A DNA stretch of 64,000 bases from a virus, in the IMG/VR virus record IMGVR_UViG_3300044729_003839, positions 32,001 to 96,000 of that record; one strand, given 5' to 3'. Below the pieces are notes generated by a model. The model ran no database searches. It was not told where the DNA came from and saw nothing but the letters and a program-made list of their open reading frames with translations. Both the position numbers and the translations under genes were made by a program. Positions 19,142 through 29,400 of this stretch are shown one piece after another (position 1 is the first letter of the stretch; each line of letters begins with the position of its first letter).

Positions 19142-19627
19142 GTGGCCTACACCGAGGAAACCTACACCGCTGCAGCAACCTGGACTACAGCGCAGTTAGC
19201 CGATCTGTTCCGCGATGCGTTCATCGACGCGGGGCTGATGACAGCTTGGTATGACTCGTTTGCAAATGGCGGCATTGAGAATCGCGTGCTGGAAATCACC
19301 TACGGCGGGACCAATACGCATGGGAAGACTTACTACTGGTTTATGTTCTCGGCCGATGGGGTGCGGTTGCATGCGGCAACAGGATGGAATGCTGCGACGG
19401 ATCAGCCAACTGGCACGCAGTATCTGGACTTTTTTGCCACCACCACGTCAGACACCGTGGAGCTGGTGCGTTACACCTCTGGCGTGGATGCGGATCAGAG
19501 CTGGTTTGTGATTAAAAGTAGCGGTAGCCCCAGTATGGCGATTTCGTTTGGCAGCACATCCGAGCCTTCAGGCCCCATTATCCCCACCACCGGTCAAATC
19601 TGGCCTTTAGGTACTCCGGGATTTTAG
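19142..19627 (+). CDS. Hypothetical virion protein, GC-rich, possibly truncated
   Basis: GTG start; codon usage GC-richer than the flanks; low-complexity tail. Confidence 0.55.
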   Translation: MAYTEETYTAAATWTTAQLADLFRDAFIDAGLMTAWYDSFANGGIENRVLEITYGGTNTHGKTYYWFMFSADGVRLHAATGWNAATDQPTGTQYLDFFATTTSDTVELVRYTSGVDADQSWFVIKSSGSPSMAISFGSTSEPSGPIIPTTGQIWPLGTPGF

Positions 19628-19742
19628 AAGTAGTTACAGGTCTTAACTCGCTCCAACTCCGGGAATGATTTGGATCCTTGACACAGGATTCATTTGTCCC
19701 CTAGTACAGGCTATGGTATTTATAGCCCGGTAGCCCGGGCTG

Positions 19743-20093
19743 TCATGAGAGAGCAACGGGGCTGGACTGGACCTCCAGCCTCTTTCTTTCCTCTTGTATC
19801 CTAGCACACACTTTGAGCATTCTCTCAAGAAAATCGTCTGGCAACACCCCGCGCAAATCGTTCCTGGCATCATCAGGGTCTGTCGGCCAGCCAGAACCAG
19901 CATAAGCCAAAAACTCTTTAAGTTCTTTGACCGTTATAAATCTGCCCGGTAAAAGGTGCCAAAAAACACCGTCCCAGACGTTCACATCCCCGCTGTGCAT
20001 TATCACAAAGTCGCCAGGACTTAGCCCTGAGTCGTCAGGAAACAGGTCCGAAGGTTTTCTTAAAACGTATACAGCAGGCCGTTTATTAGCCAT
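19743..20093 (-). CDS. Hypothetical protein (116 aa)
   Basis: Likely start ATG 20093 (MANKRPAVY), overlapping the upstream small ORF stop. Confidence 0.6.
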   Translation of the reverse strand: MANKRPAVYVLRKPSDLFPDDSGLSPGDFVIMHSGDVNVWDGVFWHLLPGRFITVKELKEFLAYAGSGWPTDPDDARNDLRGVLPDDFLERMLKVCARIQEERKRLEVQSSPVALS

Positions 20094-20244
20094 TTTCAGG
20101 AGTACTTTCCACCACCGGAGCGTCAAAGATACTGTCCAACGCTCGTTCCACCTGGCCAATCATAATACTGATAAGGTGTTTGTTGCCGATCGCCTTGGCG
20201 TCCGAGTACGCCTCGATCAAAGTCACCATGTCCTGTTTGCTCAT
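20086..20244 (-). CDS. Small hypothetical protein (52 aa)
   Basis: Not in track. MSKQDMVTLIEAYSDAKAIGNKHLISIMIGQVERALDSIFDAPVVESTPENG, about 30 nt behind a late box. Confidence 0.6.
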   Translation of the reverse strand: MSKQDMVTLIEAYSDAKAIGNKHLISIMIGQVERALDSIFDAPVVESTPENG

Positions 20245-20273
20245 TTTAATCCGAGGGAAAGAAGGTACATAAT

Positions 20274-20299
20274 ACTTTCACCGGTTTTTTGTTGAAAGC
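20274..20299. promoter_or_regulatory. Divergent pair of putative late promoter boxes
   Basis: ACTTTCACC-ggtttttt-GTTGAAAGC; faces ATG 20244 (-) and ATG 20320 (+). Confidence 0.72.
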
Positions 20300-20319
20300 T
20301 CAGAAGAATAAGATCGCCC

Positions 20320-20628
20320 ATGGCTCAGCCCATTAGAGAATTTGACGTGTCAAAGACGTTCGACAACGTCTTGCTGACACAGGTTACAGGGCAGCCGGAT
20401 ACAGACGGCATTCCCGTTAATTTCTTACCCGCGAGACGGACCGGAAACCTCGCCCTGCGCGATCAGGGCAGGGTTCAAGACGGTTTCGGCACCGCCGCCC
20501 CTTTAGTGATCGGTGCAAACGCCATTGAGGTTGAGTCTGATCCGGGTACGGCGTTTTCCCCCATCCGACGTGCGGATTTTGTCGGCTTGCACGCCCACAT
20601 GTTCATTCAAAGTATTATCTGGAGCTGA
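20320..20628 (+). CDS. Small virion/fibre-associated protein
   Basis: VQDGFGTAAPLVIG resembles VEDGRGVKSGIRLG of 9182..10051. Confidence 0.6.
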   Translation: MAQPIREFDVSKTFDNVLLTQVTGQPDTDGIPVNFLPARRTGNLALRDQGRVQDGFGTAAPLVIGANAIEVESDPGTAFSPIRRADFVGLHAHMFIQSIIWS

Positions 20629-20631
20629 TAG

Positions 20632-21027
20632 ATGTTACTCCCGTCAAACGTATCGACTAATTCCCTTGCTACCCCTTCAAACGTACAAGAATCGTCCCAA
20701 GGGTTGATGATTGACGTGCCTGTCGCCCCAGGATCTCCTCCGGACTACCAAAAAAACTTCGCCCTTATAACCTCCCTTATCGTGTGTAATAAGTCCGCCG
20801 GGAGTTTGGGTGTATATGCAAAAATTGTCAACGGCGCCACCTCCGCCTCTCTTCTCCACAACCTGGACCTACCCCCTGGCCAGTCTTTTGAAGTAATTAA
20901 TGGCAATAAATTTACCTTGAAGGAGGGCGATAAACTGTATGTATGGCATAATAGTCTTGTTGCCACGGATCTCGACGCTATTATCTCTTACACTTTGCAC
21001 AGGCCTTTGACCACATATGATGTCTGA
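20632..21027 (+). CDS. Small beta-sandwich virion protein
   Basis: TSLIVCN...LPPGQSFEV..GNKFTLKEGDKLYV pattern recalled from cyanophage structural genes. Confidence 0.65.
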   Translation: MLLPSNVSTNSLATPSNVQESSQGLMIDVPVAPGSPPDYQKNFALITSLIVCNKSAGSLGVYAKIVNGATSASLLHNLDLPPGQSFEVINGNKFTLKEGDKLYVWHNSLVATDLDAIISYTLHRPLTTYDV

Positions 21028-21187
21028 TATTTACAAGATAGAGGGAAAATATCCTGACCCTCAACAGATAAAACAAGTCCTTGAATCTTACAAAGGGACA
21101 GAAGATTACCCCGAAATGCTCCGAGAAGTCAGGGAAGCGGGGATGTCGAAACATCCTCTATTGGAGAGATTTTTTGTTGAAAGCTAG
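21020..21187 (+). CDS. Small hypothetical protein (55 aa)
   Basis: Not in track. MSDIYKIEGKYPDPQQIK...RFFVES-stop fills the gap exactly. Confidence 0.6.
   Translation: MSDIYKIEGKYPDPQQIKQVLESYKGTEDYPEMLREVREAGMSKHPLLERFFVES
21176..21184 (+). promoter_or_regulatory. Putative late promoter box; predicted +1 is the A of ATG 21190
   Basis: GTTGAAAGC-TAGAC-ATG. Confidence 0.7.
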
Positions 21188-21189
21188 AC

Positions 21190-23439
21190 ATGCGCTATAT
21201 CCCCAATTATACGACCAGGTCCGTCCTGCAGATATCTGAGGGCGAAAGCTCTTATATAAATATAAAGAATGTCGGGGCTTCTGGGGGCGGGGAAACCCGG
21301 TTTACATCTACCGTAACAGATATACAGTCCAGCATTGTCACTCTCGGGAATATAAATGACGGGCAAGGGGGTCAATTAAACGCTTATAGAGGTATTTTAA
21401 AATCAGATACCGACTTGCAAGCGTTTTTCTACGCCCCTCCCGGGTCTGTGCAAGACAAGACGATCGTAATCTCCACTTTTGTTGCGCAAGGAGTAGATTT
21501 CTCCAGCTCTGAGTTTGTAAATACTAACCTGCGCCCTTTAAAATATATTGTCTTCGGATATAATATAGATACAGGGTTTATGCCCAACGCGAGAGAAGTA
21601 GTAGAAATCGGCACAAAAGTCCTTAATCCGGACTTCTGGAACATAGACCAGTATGTTCAGTTAAATATTACAAGAAGCTCGCTGTATGTGTTACCAGTAA
21701 TTTATAGGGTCTGGGGTAACCGCGTTGATTTCCTTGGACTTGTAGGGAACAACACTATAAGCTATTCCAATAGTGCAACTTTTAGAGATCTAGGTCTAAC
21801 CGAAATACCAAGTTGGGATACAGAACGGGCTCTTCCCATCTTTTTGCAAGGAGCGATTTCCGTAGCCGGATCGGATGTGATCATCAATAGTAGAGTACTT
21901 GGCAAAGAGAAACTTAATATCCGCCCGACCCTGTCAGGATCTTTGCCCAATACCTTGTCATGCTTCTGTCAAGGGGATACTTCAAAATACGATACTGGTA
22001 ACACGGTAAGATTTTATACCGACGACACCAGGTATTTGCAGACGGCGGTTAACCTGGCCCGGTCAGGAGGAATTAAAGACATATTCTTCCCGTCCGACAC
22101 GTATAACATATCCGATGTATCTTTTGTAAACTCTAGCCTTAACGACTATTCCAATATAAGTTTTAGGGGAGTAGGAGAGGGCAGTATAGTCAAAAGATTA
22201 CCATCAATTGTGCATAATGTTACAAACCCAGGACTTGTGTGCTTTTCTGGAGGCAACACCTCTAACCCATTGTCTGGTGTAAAGTTTGAATCTATTGTCT
22301 TTGATGGAAATAGGAACAATAACGCTTCTGTTCTCTCGCCCAGGGCTTCTGAAACAACCTTAAATATTTTACTTTCTGAAAGTCTAACTATAAGATACTG
22401 TCTTATCAGAGATAATGCCAGTTCCGGTGTAGGTATCGAGGATTGCAAAAACGTTTCTTTGCTTAATAATCGAATATCGAGAACGGGAAGGGCTTATGAG
22501 GAAGGGGCCGAGCCATTGTCCGTCTTAAACAGCGAGAACTTGGTGACCCAGGGAAATATTCTTGAACTGGCCACTTCTTCCCCTAAAATCGATTCTACAG
22601 ATTTCAGTACGGTTAACGGCAATATCGTGAGAGGATGTGGAGATAGAGGTTTTGATCTGCAATCGTCGTTCCAATGGAATTCTCAGGGTAACGTCGCCTA
22701 CAGCGATAACGATTCAATCATCCGCTCCATCGACACCTACAATAACGAGTATAGCAGAGCCACTATTGAAGTCAGAAAAGGCTTTGCTCTCGACCCTATA
22801 TTCATGACTGTTACGTACGGAGGCGAACCCGTCTCAATAGTCAAGGGGTCGGTAAAAGCCGAGATATTCAGTCTCACTTCCCAAGGGGTTAAGAATGTTA
22901 AAGTCGGTTCGTTTAGAGTTATAGAAACTTCAGATCAACTCGAGGCGGGTATTTTCTCCCTAACCTTGCCCGGAACTACTTCTCAAGAACTTGGGGGCGA
23001 GACAATAATCGCCACCGGATCTTTGAATAATGAGTTCGGGTATATTTACGAGGTAAAAGCGAATGTTTTGATAGGCGGAGGTCCGAGGGGTTATACACCC
23101 CTCTCACTAGGGAGAGTAGAAATCAGCTCTGAGATATACCCCACCCTTAAACTGGTTAACTCTTCCGACATTCTCTCGCTTCAAATACACGCCCCGAGCG
23201 GACTTGAGAATGACAAAGTCCTGGTGAAAGGATTTTTACCGGACATACTCCCGGGGTGGGATCAAAACGCGAGCTACCCGATCCGAGATGTAGACGTAGA
23301 CACAGCCACCTTAATACTTGAGCAGATCCCAGGTTTTAGTCCACCCGAACCTCCGGTGGAATTCGGCTCAGGAAGTCTATTTATTTCCCGTCCGGACTAC
23401 TTTGTCGCCGACGGCAACTTATTCGTTCACACCCTGTAA
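21190..23439 (+). CDS. Tailspike-like protein with right-handed beta-helix
   Basis: DDTRYLQTAVN...IFFPSDTYNI...FRGVG..S, FDGNRNN and Asn-ladder repeats (pectate-lyase-like fold). Confidence 0.75.
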   Translation: MRYIPNYTTRSVLQISEGESSYINIKNVGASGGGETRFTSTVTDIQSSIVTLGNINDGQGGQLNAYRGILKSDTDLQAFFYAPPGSVQDKTIVISTFVAQGVDFSSSEFVNTNLRPLKYIVFGYNIDTGFMPNAREVVEIGTKVLNPDFWNIDQYVQLNITRSSLYVLPVIYRVWGNRVDFLGLVGNNTISYSNSATFRDLGLTEIPSWDTERALPIFLQGAISVAGSDVIINSRVLGKEKLNIRPTLSGSLPNTLSCFCQGDTSKYDTGNTVRFYTDDTRYLQTAVNLARSGGIKDIFFPSDTYNISDVSFVNSSLNDYSNISFRGVGEGSIVKRLPSIVHNVTNPGLVCFSGGNTSNPLSGVKFESIVFDGNRNNNASVLSPRASETTLNILLSESLTIRYCLIRDNASSGVGIEDCKNVSLLNNRISRTGRAYEEGAEPLSVLNSENLVTQGNILELATSSPKIDSTDFSTVNGNIVRGCGDRGFDLQSSFQWNSQGNVAYSDNDSIIRSIDTYNNEYSRATIEVRKGFALDPIFMTVTYGGEPVSIVKGSVKAEIFSLTSQGVKNVKVGSFRVIETSDQLEAGIFSLTLPGTTSQELGGETIIATGSLNNEFGYIYEVKANVLIGGGPRGYTPLSLGRVEISSEIYPTLKLVNSSDILSLQIHAPSGLENDKVLVKGFLPDILPGWDQNASYPIRDVDVDTATLILEQIPGFSPPEPPVEFGSGSLFISRPDYFVADGNLFVHTL

Positions 23440-23444
23440 TTATT

Positions 23445-26400
23445 ATGGCAAACAGACAGACCATTATTGGTAAAACGGCCCCTGTACCGCTTGGCCAACA
23501 AAAAGCGGTAAACTCGCTGCCTGTTGTTTTTGCCGAAGACCAGCCCGCTATCCCCGTCGAAGAACAGAATAAGATTCAGTCGGAAGTTGCCCTCTCGCTG
23601 CTCGGTATTCCTCGCGCCGAAGTCGCCTTGGGTATCTTTGCCGATGTAAACACGTACGATATTAATCCGACTGAATGGTCTCAGTCTCCGCTAGAGAATG
23701 ATCTGGACTCCGGAACAGGACTTTATCACCTTGCTCAAGAGGCTGGAGCGGAGCTGGTGGCTGGCGAAGGAAGAACTACTATCCTCACATCAAAGCGATT
23801 TTTCAGGTATCAGCCTGGACGTGTTTCCTCCTCGACAATGGGCGTAAGAATGAACAGAACGAGTTCAACTTACCTGTCCGGAGTTGAGAACAGAAACATT
23901 ATGAAAGGCGCTCCTACTATTAAAAAGTGGGGCATTTTTGACAAGTTTGACGGCTACTATTTCGAAATAGTTAACTCGGGGGATAATAACGACTTTAGAT
24001 GTATAAGACGTACGCAGGCTCTTGTGCCATCCGAGCCGCCCGGTGTCGGAGCGACTCCTGACGCTTGGAATAAAACAGACGGGACGAATGGAAAAACGAA
24101 TATCAAAGGGGGTAATTGGGGTGTAGTAGGCGAGGATCCTGTAATCTATAGGAATGGACTTTGCTATGTTGCCGCAGCGATATACGACCCGAGTCTCTGT
24201 TTTCTACCCGGAGATGTAAGAGAGATTGAGGCGAATGAAACTAGACTTTCAGAATTCACTTACAACGAAGACTATGCCTTAAGGTTGGCGTATAGAAATG
24301 CTGATGGCGATTTTATTGAACATTTGGAGGGGCGACAGTTCCAGTTCCCGTTCGATCAAAAGGAGCCGGGAACGTTTTCCACCGGGGATTACGAAAACTG
24401 GCAGATAAACAATTTGTTTTTAAAACCAGATTCTGAGTATATTCGCCTAGATGCTCACTGCCGCTGGGAAGACATTGTAACCAACCTGAGCAGAGGAGAC
24501 GGTACCGGATTCGATACTGAAATAACTGCTACCGGTTCGACAATCTCCGCTTTACCTGGTGACAGCCGGTTCGAATATGATACGGCTCCTTCGGCGGACG
24601 ACAGCGGCGTTAAGGTCTGGAACCTTCTCGTATCGGTCCAAGGCTCGAGCCAAGTCTCCAACTCCCAATACAGTGCTGCTTTCCCCACACCCCACAGAAC
24701 CTCACCCTACGATGTAAATAACGCGAATGTGGGCAGAAAGAACATCACATTAAAAGAATGGTTCAAGATATGTGTACCGCCCCAGTTCCGCACAGTATAC
24801 GAATGGCGGCCAGTCCGAGCCATGTTCAGCAATGACCAGTTGAACGGTAAAACTGATAATAAAGTAAGATGGAGCGATGTTTCTACAGCGAACGTAGATC
24901 CGTCGGGAGTCGGAGTAAAAAGGCCCGGTGACCCTATTGAGGTGGGCGGATCTATTCTTACGCAATCTTCCGTGTACGATGTGGATTTCACCAAAGTCAC
25001 CATGTGGAAGATCGAATTCTCATGGTACGGTGCTGTTGGCGCGTTGTTTCTGTGTTATGTCCCTGTTGGTAATGGGGAAGCGAGATGGGTCCGAGTCCAT
25101 CACATGCGAGCCTCTAACCAGCTTGACGTGGCGTCTTTGGGCAATGCAACTCTGCCCATTACTTATTTAACGCATGCGGGCATCGGGAACGATTTAGTAG
25201 ACAACAAAAGCGTGCTTGTTAAGTACGGTGCTAGCTATTATATCGACGGTGGTGACAAAGGCACAGTAAAACTCGTATCAAAGTCTTCCGATTACCCTAA
25301 GCCGGTAAATTTTGGTGTCATACGAACTACAATCACCACCACTCCCGCACTTAACTACTTCAGTATCAGCACTTCGGTGTTATCCCAGTCTCTAAAAGAT
25401 CAACTCATTGGGTCGTATTTGAGAAACGATAAAACCACTAAAGTGATTTGGGTAGAGAACGATTCCACCGATAAAATAAGACTGTATTTCAACCAATCTG
25501 TAGCCCTGTTCGCGCAGAACGACCCTATTGAGATTGTGGTGCCACGCCGCCAAAGGTCTATGATGTCTTTGCGTGCCAAAGACCAAATTACTAACACGAC
25601 CGGTACAGCTATACGAAACAGAGTACAAATCTACCCGCTGAAATACGGCTCGGGTGTAATTGACAGCAGCGCTGACACCAACATCCTAACGATCAATTTC
25701 TCTAAAAATCCACTTGTAATAACGAATAATCTTAACAACTCCACTCTAGCCGCTTCTTATAATCTTCCGATCTACACTGACGCCTTGGATACAGGTTTAG
25801 GGTTCGAACTCGGCTCGGGTACAATACCGAAAAAAATTGAATCGGGCACCAATATAACTTCTGGAAACTACACCACTTTAGACGGACTGCTTTCGTCGAA
25901 CGGAAAGTATTTCCACTGCTATATGAGGGGCATTGCTACTTCAGAAGTGGGCAGCGGATTTGATGCTAATCCTCAAGTGACAGAGTTCCCTCGTCTTGTC
26001 AGGGTATTTAAAAAGTCTGGCAGTATCTATATTCAAAACTTTTCCTCAAACCCTGAGCCGGTATCCGTGTTCGGTGTCATGATACCTGTTCGCATGTACA
26101 TTTTTAACTCTAGTGGTGCGTTGACAGCGTATACAGGGACTCCAACCCACACAAAGTACGAAGATCAGAATAAATGGTCAGAGGCGGGTTTAGTCGGGAC
26201 TTTTGAATCCATCGGTCAGCTTTCTGGCGCTTCTGTCGCGCAAGACTTTAAACTTTCCCCTGTGTCCGACACGGGCAATCTCGTATTCTCTTTGTACACC
26301 AATAGAGGTGGCGATCAGTTCGATCTGGCAGACTACTTCGCTTACAACAAAGAATACATTTCGTATCCATTGACTAACGAAGTCGACATCCTTTGCGCTT

Positions 26401-26486
26401 ACGCTTTGTGGGAGTCCACTTCCTCATCTACCACGCCAAACTACTCCTTAAACGTTATAAACTCTCTCACCTGGGAGGAGCAGTAA
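23445..26486 (+). CDS. Large virion structural protein (cyanomyovirus-type)
   Basis: SKRFFRYQPGRVS, TMWKIEFSWYGAVGA, KYGASYYIDG; paralog of the next gene. Confidence 0.75.
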   Translation: MANRQTIIGKTAPVPLGQQKAVNSLPVVFAEDQPAIPVEEQNKIQSEVALSLLGIPRAEVALGIFADVNTYDINPTEWSQSPLENDLDSGTGLYHLAQEAGAELVAGEGRTTILTSKRFFRYQPGRVSSSTMGVRMNRTSSTYLSGVENRNIMKGAPTIKKWGIFDKFDGYYFEIVNSGDNNDFRCIRRTQALVPSEPPGVGATPDAWNKTDGTNGKTNIKGGNWGVVGEDPVIYRNGLCYVAAAIYDPSLCFLPGDVREIEANETRLSEFTYNEDYALRLAYRNADGDFIEHLEGRQFQFPFDQKEPGTFSTGDYENWQINNLFLKPDSEYIRLDAHCRWEDIVTNLSRGDGTGFDTEITATGSTISALPGDSRFEYDTAPSADDSGVKVWNLLVSVQGSSQVSNSQYSAAFPTPHRTSPYDVNNANVGRKNITLKEWFKICVPPQFRTVYEWRPVRAMFSNDQLNGKTDNKVRWSDVSTANVDPSGVGVKRPGDPIEVGGSILTQSSVYDVDFTKVTMWKIEFSWYGAVGALFLCYVPVGNGEARWVRVHHMRASNQLDVASLGNATLPITYLTHAGIGNDLVDNKSVLVKYGASYYIDGGDKGTVKLVSKSSDYPKPVNFGVIRTTITTTPALNYFSISTSVLSQSLKDQLIGSYLRNDKTTKVIWVENDSTDKIRLYFNQSVALFAQNDPIEIVVPRRQRSMMSLRAKDQITNTTGTAIRNRVQIYPLKYGSGVIDSSADTNILTINFSKNPLVITNNLNNSTLAASYNLPIYTDALDTGLGFELGSGTIPKKIESGTNITSGNYTTLDGLLSSNGKYFHCYMRGIATSEVGSGFDANPQVTEFPRLVRVFKKSGSIYIQNFSSNPEPVSVFGVMIPVRMYIFNSSGALTAYTGTPTHTKYEDQNKWSEAGLVGTFESIGQLSGASVAQDFKLSPVSDTGNLVFSLYTNRGGDQFDLADYFAYNKEYISYPLTNEVDILCAYALWESTSSSTTPNYSLNVINSLTWEEQ

Positions 26487-26489
26487 ATC

Positions 26490-29400
26490 GTGTCGGCAAA
26501 ACGATCTATTCGGGCGGATAGAGTACCCCCCCGCAGGACAAAAAGAATCATTCGAATGGTGGACGTCAAGGGTTCACCACTAAGTGCTGAGTCAGGCCCG
26601 GACCTAGTCACAGAGAAAGACGCCTATAACCGCAGAGAATATGAGGCAAAGAGTTCGACTCCGGTTGTATTAGACTCGGATTCTTACAGAGAAAAAGGTT
26701 ACAGTACTGCGAACAAGTTCAGCAAGGGTGTTCCAGCCGCTTTGCCCGTGATCGAGCAGTTCCCCGAGCAAAGTGAGGTCTCTCGATCGCTGCTCGGTAT
26801 TAACAGAGAAACTTCCCAAAAAGGCCTTTTTAGTAACGTCTCTGTTTACGGCCTTGACACAAAGGACTGGGAATTCACGTTCTCGGGATACAGGGATGGC
26901 GGGAATACGTGGTGGACGAGAAGACCTAGCCTTTCGGGTAATTATTTCCCCGGAATTATAAAAGAGGATGATAAGAACTCGGCCCTTAGGTTGACGGCTA
27001 ACCCTACACCTTACCTCGAACCTGAGATTCCGACAGCCAACCGCCCATTTAAGTCATTCGCTCAGTCAATACCTTGGGGTCAGTATGTAAACTCCGTAGT
27101 CGCCTTGTACATCTTCAAGTACATGGTCAATAATTTCTCTGAAGAGAAAAAACTCAGATATAACATATCTTACTTGTTGAGTATTTACCCCACCGACGAG
27201 CAGGGTAATTTCAACGACCTAGCTTGGGACAAAATCTGGCTGGATATAAGCCAAAGGCGTCTCGGACTGCCCGAAAACTACCCCTTGATACCAGAGGTCA
27301 AAGCTTATAATTTTAGAGATGCGATTGTAAACAATTTTAGATCTGCTGAGCTTTGGGGGTCCGAAGGGGTAATAATTGAAGAAGCTAATGCGTCACTTCC
27401 TTCAAACGCCGACTTCTCTTGGAACAAAGAATATTTCAGTGTTGGCCGTATGTTCTTCCCTTCGGGAAGGCCGGACAACAAAGGACATTTTTACATAAAG
27501 ACCAATCCAGACGTTAATGTATGGGAAAAATACTTCGGCCTGAGGTGGAATCTTATAAAACAAGAGATAAAGGATTGGGAGTTTACTGTTCACGAATCAG
27601 AAGATACAGTAACAGACATTGAAAAAGAATTAAAACTGCCTTATGTTATTATAACTGACAATCCCCAGGCTTTTACTCCCTCTTGGCCAATAGCAGCGAG
27701 TACAGATTTGCCGGTCAACGGCAACAGGATAGGGGGCGCACGCGGTATCAACACGGGGATACTGCTCAAATCGACGCGAGCTTTTAGGTATCAGCCAGGC
27801 AGAATAAGTGGATTTACATACGGGGTCAAGTTAAGTGAAATTGGGGCAGGCCCAGGAACTACCCTCGAGTTCGGGATTGAAAATTTCACCGACTCTTATA
27901 TGTTCCGCCTCACCAACGGGGGTAATTTCTCGATTATACGGCGGTCAGTTGTCCCTCTGGATGAGACGGTATTTTTGAGTGATGCGCGGTATGGGGAGAA
28001 CACCAAAGAGGTGATAGTAGACGGGCAAGTGCAATACGAAACTACTATCGGGCAGAACATAATGAACGGGGACCCTCTTAACGGCGAAGGTCAAACCGGT
28101 TATATTCTCGACCCAGACGCTGTAACCATGTTCAAGATCGAGTTTGGCTGGTACGGTGCTATTGGCGCGAGGTTTTATGCCTATGTGCCAGTGAGAAACG
28201 ATGAGTGCAGATGGGTAACTATACATACGCTAGTAATTGAAAATCAACTCAAAAAGCCTTGCCTAGGGGATCCGTTCTTTTTCTTCACTTACAAACTAGA
28301 CATACAAGACTCGAGTTCTGTGCGTCTAGAACAGTTTGTCGACAAGTTCGGTGCGTCTTATTATATCGATGGGTATGACGATGGAACTACCTCCCCTAAA
28401 AGTATTTCGTCCGGTACCCGGTCTTTAAGCGTTAATGCTAGTGAAGTCCAGAACACTATAAGCCCGTTGGACTGGACGACTTTGACCGGGTTCAAATCGC
28501 GCAGCTTTATAACCAACTCGCAAGGGGATGAAATCCCCAATAAGAAGGAGATTTTTCCAGAAAAAATCAATATTTTTTCTACAACGGACTGTGAAATCAA
28601 ATTTATTCGACAGTCCGGATGCCCAGAGTATGCTTATAATCATCAAGAGGGGTATAGATGGCAAATACTGCCGGAGAATAGAAGGCTGAAGGGAAAGTTT
28701 TTTATAAACCCGTTCTTCGAATTAGATTTACCTGAGCTGGAAATCTCTCAGTCCAACTCAAGTACGCACACAGCCATAGCGTTATATAACGCTGCTTCAC
28801 AAGGACAATTTAGGGATCCTACCGTTCAAAGTAACTGGGACGTTACAGGACAGCAATATCTGCGAGTATTGGCTAATGATGTTTTCGGGGTTTTTGTAGA
28901 CAAGACAGCTTTCCCGACAGACTCAGCTTTGTTGCGGCTAAAAAGACCGGTAAATTATAGGTATTTATCGAGCAGGTCGGCCCTGCCAGAGCCAATAGAT
29001 ACGGTCAAGTTGCCATTTACTTACGCCCCCGTATCCCCCAACGAACAGGGATACGACCTTGAAATAGACTATTTTCGTAGAGATCAGGTCCTGTTGTCTT
29101 CCGTGGACGTAAATTCTAACGAGTTCTATATATACTGGACGGGAGGACGAACTCCTGGCCCTAATCCGGGGAATTTCGCCTCCATCCGATTTGGATTCTG
29201 CTGGCCTAATGTATCAGACGATCAAAGTCCGATCTATGCTCTGGGATCATCGGGGGACTGGGGAATTGAGCAAGGCCCAGTGGAGTATGATGGCCAAACT
29301 TTTTACGAAGGATTGCCGTACGATTTTGTAAGCGATTTCTCTGATAACTGCCTTTATGTAGAAACAGGCTCAGATGTGCGGTATAATACATTCGGCCTGG

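Noticed and set aside
19628-19742. Several short hairpins in the convergent gap (e.g. agcccgg-tagc-ccgggct, 19724-19741)
   Set aside because: No U-tract on either strand and stems are short; cannot support a terminator or ncRNA call.
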